Assembly (NCBI RefSeq): GCF_000143415.4
Contig: NW_003314272.1
Coordinates: 2,815,728-2,879,727 of the forward strand
Origin: Selaginella moellendorffii
Lineage: Eukaryota > Plantae > Lycopodiophyta
DNA: 64,000 nt
Direction: 5' to 3'
Below, piece by piece: positions 51,701-62,670 of the stretch. Under the pieces are notes generated by a model. It saw only the letters and a program-made list of their open reading frames with translations. It made no database searches and was not told the DNA's origin. Within the stretch, counting starts at the first letter, position 1. Every line of letters begins with the position of its first letter. Both the position numbers and the translations under genes were made by a program.

Positions 51701-54486
51701 AATATGTGCAATGCAAGGTGTTGGAGTGCCGAGGTGAGACATTCAATAGATGGAAATTGAGACTACTCAAGAAGGAGTAGTGGGATTGACTTAGAGAAGG
51801 GTCTCTAAGAGGTTTAGCAAGAACTAAACCAATAAAAGGAGAGAACCACTACATGTGGTCCAATCAGTCTCTAAGTTGGAAAGACTACCCTCCTTAGAGG
51901 ATGGGCAAGGCATGGTCAGCCTTTGGTGTCAAACCATTGACGAATATGCAGAAGGCATGGTGAGCCTTCAATGTCAAACCATTGATGAATATGGAGAAGG
52001 CATGGTAAGCCTTCAATGTCAAACCATTGACAAATATTGGCTAGGTGCCAAGAATGGAAATGGTAACACATGCGAGTGTTACTTTACAAAATGGTTTACC
52101 GTTCGATGAGGACATCGAACTTCGTTTATGGGTGGTGGAGTTGTGAGACACAAAATCCCTAGGCCCCAAAGTGGAGCCGGAAAGGGTGCCACGTGGTAGT
52201 GGCTGAAGCGAGAGCCAAACAAGCATAACACGTTTGGACCAAAAGCTCCGACTTGAAAAGTCAAGAGCGGGAGTGGAACTCCCAACGAAGCGCTCGAGGA
52301 ACGAGCACGAAGCGAGCAAAAAGCGAGGCTCCAAAAAGGGACCCAAAAGGACCAACACATGACACGTGGAAGTGTCCGAGATGGACTCGAGATGGAGTCC
52401 GAGGTGGAGTCCGAGATGGAGTCCGAGATGGACCCGAGATGGACCCGAGATGGAGTCCGAAATGGAGTCCGAGATGGAGTCCGAGATGGACCTGAGATGG
52501 AGTCCGAGGTGGAGTCCGAGGTGGACCCGAGATGGACCCGAGATGGAGTCCGAGGTGGAGTCCGAGGTGGACCCAAGATGGACCCGAAATGGAGTCCGAG
52601 ATGGAGTCCGAGATGGACCCGAGATGGAGTCCGAGATGGAGTCCGAGATGGAGTCCGAGATGGACCCGAGATGGGACCCGAGATGGACCCGAGATGGAGT
52701 CCGAGGTGGAGTCTGAGATGGAGTCCGAGATGGGCCCGAGATGGACCCGAGATGGAGTCCGAGATGGAGTCCGAGTTGGAGTCCGAGATGGACCCGAGAT
52801 GGAGTCCAAAGTCGAGACCAGGACCAAGACCGAGACCGGGACCGAGACCGAGACCAAGATCGGGACCGAGACCGAGGCCGAGGCCGAGCCCAAGTCCGAG
52901 TCCGAGTCCGAATCCGAGTTTGAGTCCGAGTCCAAGTCCGAGTCCGAGTCCGAGTCCGAGTCCGGAGCCTGAGAGGGTGAAAGCCCAAAGCGTTCGTCTC
53001 CCAGACCCTGGGGGTTTGGTGAGCTCCAAAAGTATAGTAGGGGGAGGACTGCAGTGGAGCCAGCTTGGCCAGGAAAGGCCAGTTTGGCCCAGGAAGGCCG
53101 GACCCAGTGTTGGGTGATGAGCTGCCCACTGGGAAGTCCAAGACTAGAGTGAACACGGACCGACAAGCGGGGTAGCTTGGTGAAGTGTTCAAGAGCCGGC
53201 TCTAGTTCCCTCGGGAGATCGACTGGCCGATGCTCCCAGTCCAAGTGTGGGTGGCACTACCTACTTGGATACCTGTCGTGGCTCAATGGAACCTCGCTCT
53301 AAGCCCATGGCTAGAGCACCTAAAGGCGAAAGGCGGGGAGAGTACCTAGGTGGCTCGCGTAAGGCCACGGTGTTCCGAAATGTTGTCCCAAAGGCCCAGA
53401 CTATGGAAAGGAAGAGGAGCAGTCCTCTAGGGCAGTGACCAAGGACACAGTCGTGTGGTGAGGAAGTCCCAGAGGACCGTGGGGCTTAGTGGTCGGGCCT
53501 GTGGGCCTCGATCTAGTGGCAGTGTTGGCAAACACGGCTAGAGGCAGAAAGGGACTTAGTGGGGACTGACAGAGGGATATTGGGGAAGGCTATTCCCCTT
53601 GTCGGTGGGCATCCTAAGGATGCTAAGGAGTGGATCTGAGATGACCACTCACGGATGGTTTGCCTAGTCTTGGAGAGCCAAGACTGTGATGCAAGTGGTA
53701 TTGGACTACCAGTGTGGCGAAGGTGATTGGGCATGGCCTTAGCGTAACGGGCTGCCATGTCGGTGGTACCTTTGAGTGTCGGTCATGGGATCGGACACGT
53801 GGAGCATTGGGACCAAGTGCAAATGTTGAGTGGCATGGATGCCATTCTCGGGACTAGCAAGTCCCAAGTCTTGGATTGGACTTATGGAGGTTGTGAATGA
53901 GACTCCTCCAAGTGGTCAGAGGTATGGTTAAGTGACTAAAGTAGAATGGAAAATTTAGTCACTTACATTGCGGTGCTCTTGACTTATGTGGAGTGGTGCC
54001 CCACTTAAGTATCTTGTGGCTCATTGATCCTCGCCCTTCCTAGGGGTTTGGGCCTTCCCTTCGGGATGGAAGTGGGGGGGGGGGGTTAGAGGTACCCATA
54101 CCGGGCTGTTAGGCCATGGTATTTCACCCTGGCATCCCGAAGCAAGCGTTGCACCCAAGGCTTGGGATTTAGAGGGTCCCATGATCAAGTTTTGTTGTAC
54201 CAAGGGATGTTAGGAACTTGGAGGCTTGGTGTGCTTGGCTGCGTGTAGTTGAACATTAAGTCCAATCTAACCCGAGAGGGGGATTAGGAGAGATTTGGGA
54301 ATCCGTGGATGGATGGCTAATGCTCCGTTGTTCGTGCAGTAAATAACTGAAACCAAGTAGGACTAAGTAGGAGCTGGTACAATAAGCGAGAACCTTGACA
54401 AGGGAACTTAGCTAAAATCTAAGGTAGTGTTGGTCGGATAAACGAGGTAAGCTAACAAATTGGAAAGGAAAATTTTGTGGCTTGCA
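45745..54486 (+). mobile_element. Solo LTR of chromovirus family C (45745-46351 + 53973-54486), split by B3
   Basis: The joined halves (~1.12 kb) align with LTR 57128-58257; TG..CA ends; TSD ATACT/ATACC. Confidence 0.9.
46352..53967 (+). mobile_element. Family B element, complete copy B3 (non-autonomous, ~4.1 kb non-coding interior)
   Basis: LTRs 46352-48041 and 52142-53967, perfect TSD TTGCG, PBS TGGTATCGGAGC at 48045-48056, PPT ATGGGTGGTGGAGT immediately before 52142. Confidence 0.95.
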
Positions 54487-55794
54487 ATACCTTTCAAACA
54501 TCATGAACGTGTTCTTCCCATGTCTCCTTCAAGTGGATTAAGACATTATTGAAGAAGTCAGTAGTCACCTCTTATATATTATAAAGAACCTCATCCACCA
54601 TCAATTAGAAAATTGCTAGAACATTGTTCAAACCAAATGGCATCACCAAAAACTCATATAAACTAAATGGTGTACAAAAAAAAATCTTGGAAATATACTC
54701 TTTAGCCATCAATATTTGCCAGTACCCAAAGCAAAATCAAACTTGGTGAACCAATAACTTATCCCTAGCTGATCTAGGAGATTAGCAGTGTAAGAAAAAG
54801 AGTATACATATGAAATAGTCACTTTTTTTAATGGATGGTAGTTGATATAAAAACTAATACTCCTATCAGATTTCGTTACAAGGTGAGGTTCATATGTCCA
54901 AGGATTCCACAACTTTTGAATAACACCATTTTCCAAATTTCATTGATGTTTGTATGTAAAATCTTGATCTCCTTTGGTGACCAATGACGAATAGGAACCT
55001 TGATTGAATGAGCATCCCTAATTAAAATAAGATGATATATTGTAATCTTGGCCCTAGATGAAAAGTCAAATTCGAAGAGATTAGCATACTTCTTCATGAG
55101 TCAGTGAACCATTGCAATGCAAAAATTGTTAAAGGGATTTGAAAAGGGAATAAAGGAATAAGATGGAAACATAAGAGGAATGAGGAGACAAAAGTGATGG
55201 AAACAAAAGTAGAAATAGAGAGATAAAGAAAAAATAAAAGTGAGAAGAATGAAAGAAAGATAAAAAACTATGAAACAATTATAGGAGAAGCCTCAAAGTT
55301 ATATTTGGCATGATTATACGCAACCAATCTATACCAAGGATGAGGTTAAAATTTTGACTCAGCACCACCCTCAACGACAGAAGCTCAACCTTGAGATTGC
55401 CCACACATACAACTAGGTCTGCCTCGTTTCGTGCATATGCATGTGTATAGCTGTTGCCATATAAATATAAAAATTGGCTTTGCCACACAGGACGGCAATG
55501 TGTGGCAATAGGCCAAGCAATAGAAGATAAATTCAAGTCTATATCAACTAATATAAAAAGAATAATAAAAAACCTTTTGTTATAAAAATGAACTTGAAAA
55601 GTAAACATTGGATAAACTAATGCCAAATAAACCCCTTGATGATACTCTTGAAAAAAAAATGAATGGGTCATTGACTTATTCACATAAGAACCCTTCACTA
55701 CTCATGCGACTCCTCGTTTCCCAGAAGCATCTTAGGACGCTAATTTGGAAAATGCTAACAATACTGATAAGTGTGACCAACCTCATCATACGTC
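54487..55794 (-). mobile_element. Host element A: degraded gag knuckle, protease and RT N-terminus
   Basis: VGHTYQYC, FNLILGIDWL, RHWSPKE, VTKSDRSISFYINYHPLKK, FTKFDFALG. Confidence 0.7.
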
Positions 55795-56875
55795 TGTGAG
55801 TGATTAAATTTTCCATTTTACTTTAATCACTTAACTACACCTCTAACCACTTGGAGAAGTCTCACTCATAACCTCCATAAGTCCTATTTTGGACTTGGGG
55901 ACTTGCTAGCTTTGTAAATGGCATCTATGCCATATAGCCTTTGCACTTGATTTGAGTGCTCCACGTGTCTGATCCCATGACCGACACCCAAAGGTACCAC
56001 TGACATATCAGCCCATTACGCTAAGGCTATATCCATTCACCCTAGTCACATCAATAGTCCAAGACCATTTACATCACAGTCCTGTCTCTCAAAAACTAGG
56101 CTATCCATACATGAGTGATCATCCCTTGACCACACCTTAGCACCCTTAGGATGCTTAAAGATATGGGGAACACTTTTCCCCGATGTCCCTTCTTCCATTT
56201 CCACAAGTCCCTCTCCATCCATGATTGTGCTCACCAACATTGCCACTGGGTCAAGGCCCAAAGGCTTGACTACTAAGTTCTATTAACCTCTAAGACTTCC
56301 TCACCATGTGACTATATCCTTGGTCACTATACCAAAGGATTACTCCTTTTCCTTTTCATAGTCTAGGACTTTGGGATGACCTTTCAAAACACTGTGGCCT
56401 TATGCGAGCCTCATGGGTACTCTCCCCACCTTCCACCCTTAAGTGCCTTAGCTATGTGGCTAGAGCGAGGTTTCAATGAGCCACGCAAAGTATCCAAGTA
56501 TGTAGTGCCACCCCCGCTTGGATTGGGAGCATCGATTATTCGATCTCCCAGGGGAGCTAGAATTGACTCTTAAACACTTCACCAAGCTACCCCATTTGTC
56601 TGTCTGTATTCACTCTAGCCTTGGACTCCTCAGTAGATATATCATAACCCAACACGTGGGTATAGCCTTCCTTGGTCACACTGGCTTTTCTTGGCCAAAC
56701 TGGCTCCACTAAAGTCCCCCCTTTACTATATACTTTTGGAGCTCAGGGTCTGGGAGACAATCGCTTTAGGCTTTCACCCTTGGACTTGAACTTGGACTTG
56801 GACTTGGTCTCGATTTTGGACTCGGTCTTAGACTCAAGGACTTGGTCTTAGTCTCGGTCTTAGTCTCGGTCTTGG
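55795..56875 (-). mobile_element. Diverged, truncated family B-like LTR
   Basis: Colinear with 36485-37560; breaks off inside the hexamer satellite; no PBS adjacent. Confidence 0.8.
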
Positions 56876-59800
56876 TGCAACGTATGTACATTACTCAATG
56901 TCCCTTAGAGACTAGTACAAAAGCAAATCGCTCATAGTGCTACTCTCTCAATAAAACCATCTTGCTATTTCCCACCTAATGGTGATCACTGCCTTTTAAT
57001 TGGGGTTGCTACAATTGCCTCCTCTACAAAGCATCCAGTGCCAAATCACCTTGTCTTGCCTCTTTGACTACAGTAGCTTTACTAAGTGGATATATCATCA
57101 CCCAACGCATGGGTATAGCCTTCCTTGTGTAAGGAACCAACTCGCCAAGGTGTCGTAGGCTAAAGGATCCCTGAAAACATGACCAAAATGACAAAGAGTT
57201 CATCAGATGGGACCGAGTCGAAGATCGAGTCCAAGACCGACTCTGAGACCGAGTTCGAGATAGAGTCCGGGATCAAGTTTGAGGCCAAATCGGAGATCGA
57301 GTTTGAGACTGAGTTTGAGACCGAGTTTGAGACAGAGTCCGAGATCCAAATCGGGTCCGAGACCGAGTCGGAGGTCAAGTCCGAAGTCGAGTCCGAGATC
57401 AGGTCTGAGATCGAGTTCGAGATTGAGTTTGAGATCGAGTCCAAAGTCGGGTCCGAGATCAAGTCCGAGACCGAGTCCAAGTACTAATACTGGTCAAGGG
57501 GTGAAAGCCCAAAGCGTGCGTCTCCCAAGGGGTTCCAAAAGTATAGTAGGGATAGTGAGATCCAGGAACCAGTCTTGAATGAACTCTCTAGTGGTGCTTC
57601 CAAACTGAGTTGAGGTTGAGATTGGGGCCGAGGGGCCTTGGGTGGGAGTGCGCAGGGACTTGGGTGGTGCTGGAGGGGCCACCCTAAGAAGTGCTCAAGA
57701 GTAGCTCCCACTCTCGAAAGGGAAATTGACTGTGGTGCTCCCGGCTCATGTGGAGTGGTGCCCCACTTGAGTACCATGCGGCTCATTGGTCCTCGCCCTT
57801 CCTAGGGGCTTGGGCCTTCCTTCGGGATGGAAGTGGGGGGGTAGAGGTACCCATACTGGGTTGTTAGGCCACGGTGTTTCGCCCCAGCATCCCGAAGCAA
57901 GTGTTGCACCCAAGACTTGGGATTTAAAGGGTCCCATGATCAAGTCTTGTGGTACCAAAGGGGTGTTAGGAACCTAGAGGCTTGGTGTGCTTGGCTACTT
58001 GTGCCTGTGGGGAGTGTAGCCAAACCTTAAGTCCAGTCTAACTCAGGGAGGGGGATTGGGAGAGATTTGGGAATCCGTGGATGGATGCCTAACGCTCCGT
58101 TGCTCGTGCAGTGAGTAGCTGAAACCAAGTAGGCCCAAGTAGCAGCTGGTACCATAGGTGGGAACCTTGGCGAGGGAACTTAGCAAAAGCCAAGGTAGTG
58201 TTGGACGGGTAGATGAGGTAAGCTGGCAAATTGGAAAGGAAAAATTTGTGGCTTACAATTTGGTATTGGAGCCTTTTCCTCAGTTCTAACGAAGGATAGA
58301 GGCGGATTGCTGAGAGATGGCAAAGGCAGGGCGGAAGCGAACCAAGGCGGAGACGAAACCTCCTCTAGAGCTGGAGCCTCCGATCGAACGAGAGGCTATA
58401 GATGTGGAATCCTTGCATGAGGAGGACTCCAGTGAGGAAACTTCCAAACAAGAGTCCAGTGGCAAGGTTCGGTCGTCCAAGGCTCAATTGGACGTTCTAG
58501 AAGGACAATTGGCACAGACCAATGCCCTGCTGGAGACTCTCGTATGCAAGCTAAAGCATGACGAGAAGCGGAAGAAAAAGCGAAAGACTACGGATGCTGG
58601 CAGCGCAGAAGGTGCAGACCTTTCGGTAGGGACTGAGGTAGAACCAAACAAGGTCGAACAGACCAAAGTGGAATCAGTCCTTCAAGTAGTTCCCAAGTAC
58701 AAACCAAAGCCCCCACCGGTCTTCAAGGGAGTGAATGACTATAAGGTGGTGGAGGATTGGTTTTACGATATGGAGGATTACTTCCGAGTGTTGTGATTAC
58801 CGAGCTTGGAGAAGGTCCCATGTGCAAAACCATACTTGGCAAATAATGCCAAGTCTTGGTGGAAAATGACGGAGGCCAACGAAGGACCGGTGGCCACTTG
58901 GGACATGATGAAGGCGAGGATCCGCGCAACTTACATTCCTCTGAATGCTACTTTACATCTAAGAGACGAGCTGAGTAAGCTGAAGTAGACCGGAACCATG
59001 TAGGAGTATGTGAATGGGTTTATGGCAAAGAGGATACTTGTCACAGACATGGGGGATATGGATGCGTTCCATGCCTTCATATCAGGTTTGCAAACCTAGG
59101 CTCGCGGTGAGGTGATGCGCTGGAACCCGACCAACTACAAGGAAGCGTTGGATGTGGCCATCAATGTGCATTTCAACGATAACCTGCAAAAAGGGAATGC
59201 GACAGAGTCGGGGTCCACATTTAGCAAAGGGGCCAAACCAAGGGGAACATATAGCAAAGGGAAATTCAAGAAGAGTTTCTCTAAGAATGAGTCCTTGGGG
59301 TTCCGAAAAGGCAAATCCGGTGGCCAGCGAGCGAGTACATAGGGGAGTCAAGCAAAAAGAGACAAACCCACGGATAAGAAGGTCAAGTTGTTTAGCAGCA
59401 TGGGAAACACGTATGCTACAACTACAGTGAAGTGGGACACTTTTCGAGGGAATGTCCCTACCCGAAGAAGGCCAGAGCCAATATAGCCATTAAGTCGGGT
59501 GAAGTCCAAACTGAGGTATGTGATTTAGTCCCTAGCTCATGGTAGAGAGTCGTTCGCGACATCTACTAGCCCTCCAAGGGAAGCTCAGGGGTAGCTTTGT
59601 TAAGATCCTTATTGACACAGGTGCTTCAGATAATTTTGTGGCTGCAGACATAGTCCAGCAAGCCGGACTAACAATGCAGCGGCTGGGCGAACCAAGGACT
59701 ATAGAGTTTGTTCAAGGTAGCCAAAGCACCAATGAGGTACTTCGACAAGCGAGAGTCGAAGTAGGGACTTGGAAAGTAGACATGGATTTCACTGTGTTGG

Positions 59801-62160
59801 ACATGGCGGGATTTGATGTGATCTTTGGGATGGATTAGTTCAATCGGTTCGTGGTAGCCTTGCATAGACAAGGTAGGAACCTTGTGGTACTAGCGAATGC
59901 CCAAGGAAGAAGATCCAGGGTGGAGGCCCAGGATCTAAAGGTAGGGCAATGCAAGGCCAAAGATTCATGCCTAAACCTGGTGTCCACGAGGGGACAACTC
60001 ACTAAAGGGACCAAGGCTGCATTTTTGTGCTTACTCTCTGTGAAGAGTGACAAAAAGACAGGAACAGAAGAAGTACCTTTAGTGATCCAGCGGGTGTTGG
60101 ACCAATTCTAGGATACCATGCCGGAGGAGCTACTAGCGGGGTTGCCCCCCGCACGACCGATAGAATATAAGATTGAGTTGGTCGAGGGTGCTGAGGCGGT
60201 GGTTCGTCCCCCCTATCATTTGAACGAAAAAGAACTCGCTGAGCTCAAGCACCAACTAAAGGAGTTGGTGTACAAATGGTATGTTAGGTTGAGCAAGTCA
60301 CTGTATGGGGCGCCGGTGCTATTTGTGAAAAAGAAAGATGGATCTATGCGCATGTGCATAGACTACCGGTTGTTCAACAAATATACAAAGAAGAACAAGT
60401 ACCCTTTGCCAAGGATTGAGAATCTGTTCGATAGGTTAGGAAAGGCAAAATACTTCTCAAGGATTGACCTAAGGTCAGGATACTACTAGATTAGGGTAGC
60501 AGAGGAAGATGTTGAGAAGATAACCTGTCAAACAAAGTATGGGAGCTTCGAGTTTCTAGTGATGCCCTTCAGGCTATGCAATGCGCTAGCAACATTTTCA
60601 GCATTGATGAACCATATCTTTGTACTCTATCTGGATCACTTTGTGGTCGTCTATATTGACGACATCCTGATCTATAGCAAAACGCTAGAGGAGCATGCCA
60701 AACATTTGACAAAGGTGTTTGAGAAACTAAGGGAACACCAACTGTATGCTAAAGAGAGCAAATGTGACTTTGCTCAGCAAGAGGTAAAGTTTCTCGGGCA
60801 TGTGGTGGGCAAGGACGGGCTTAAGGTGGACCCTAAGAAGGTTCAAGCGATCCAGGATTGAGAGCGACCATTGAATGTACATGAGTTAAGGGCATTCTTG
60901 GGGCTATGCAACTACTATCAAAAGCTTATCAGACACTATTCGAGAGTAACTCTACCCTTAACGGACCAAACAGAAAAAGTGAAGATGGTATGGACAGCGG
61001 AATGCGAGGTGGCATTCGTCCACCTCAAGGGGAAGTTGAGGAAGGCTCCCATGTTGGCATTACCAGACTTTGGTAAGGACTTTGAGGTAGAAACAGATGC
61101 TTCAGACTTTGCGTTGGGCGTAGTTTTGAAGCAAGACAACCATCTAGTAGCGTTCTTCTCAAAGAAGTTGGACAAGGCTCAACGGAAGTGGCCTACCCAT
61201 GAAAAGGAATTGTTTGCGGTGGTCAAGGCACTTAAGGAGTGGCGACACTACCTTGGGAGACACTTCAAGGTTTACACGGACAATGTGGCAACGAAACACT
61301 TCTTGTCACAACCCGACCTGAGGGGAAAACAATGTCGGTGGGCCAATGCTTTGGCCGAGTTTGATTGCGAGATTCTGTACAAGCCTGGGAAGAGCAACAT
61401 CGTGGCAGATGCGCTAAGTCAAAAAGCGAGCTTGAAGTTGGCGATATTCAGTGCGACAACAGCCTTTTGGGATGATGTGCGGACCGCATACGAAAACAAT
61501 GGTCTAGCACAAGAGGAATCTAGAGGCACGGGAAGCTCACCAGAGAGGTGAGCTGCCAACGGAAGAGAAAATGGGCTATGCGGAACGCAACGGACTCATA
61601 TATTACAAGCAAATGAGGGTGTATGTTCTAGAAGGGGAACTAAGGAAGGTAGCTTTAGAAGAGTGTCATAACGGACCTCTTGCGGGACACGGCAGAGTGC
61701 CCAAGACAATGGGTTTACTCAAGAGAAAGTACCACTGGCCAGATATGGCTAAGGACGTCGAAGACTATGTAAAGACATGTCCAACATGTTAGCAGGTCAA
61801 AGCCGTGACTAAGGCTAGTGGGGGCTTGTTACAAAGCATCCCAATTCCAGATCATCCGTGGAAATGTCTGACGATTGACTTCATCACGGGACTCCCTCCA
61901 AGCGAGGGGTTCGATGCGATATTTGTGGTGGTGGATTGATTTTCGAAGATGGCACATTTCATACCCACCACAACGGAAGTGGATGCGGAAGGTGTGGCGA
62001 AGCTGTTCTTCGAACAAGTGGTTCAAGTGCGGGGAAGGCCAGAAGAGATTATCTCAGATCAAGATAAGATATTCACCAGTAGGTTCTGGAGAACACTCCT
62101 GGAACAGTATCGCACCAAGTTGAAATTCAGCACAGCCTATCACCCATAGACAGATAATGG

Positions 62161-62204
62161 GTATTAAGTCAAGTTTGATGGCACTAACACTTCTTGACAA
62201 ACAG
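62161..62204 (+). other. Putative 44-nt spliceosomal intron in the integrase core
   Basis: GTATTA...CACTAAC...ACAG. Removal gives HP(Q)TDNGQTERVNR in frame. Confidence 0.7.
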
Positions 62205-62618
62205 ACAAACGGAAAGGGTGAATAGGCAGCTAGAGGATTATTTGCGATGCTATGTCTCGGGAGACCAGACTGATTGGGTAAGTCATTTGGGACTTGCGGA
62301 AATGTGTTATAACAACTCACCACATTCAAGCATCGGGGTGAGTCCATAGGAAGTCATCAATGGGCGAGCTATTGAAGGTCTTATGGAACTCAGCGTGGCC
62401 GAGTATCATGGAGAGTTACCCGTAGTGGAGGCATTCATGGCAGAAAGACTCAACATTTGGAATCTAGTGAGGGATTCCTTGGAATGGGCTCAACAAAGGC
62501 AAATCAAGTACGCGAACTAGAAGCACCGGGATGTAGAGTTCCAAGCTAGGGAAAAGGTGTGGCTGAACACCAAGAACCTCAGGCTACCAAGTGGGATCAG
62601 CTGGAAGTTGACCCAAAG

Positions 62619-62670
62619 GTAAAAATGCATGTATTCCTGTAAATGAATTGATCTTGAATTCCTTAAGTAG
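62619..62670 (+). other. Putative 52-nt spliceosomal intron just before the integrase GPY motif
   Basis: AG|GTAAAA...TAG|G. Removal gives KLTQRFVGPYEI exactly in frame. Confidence 0.75.
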
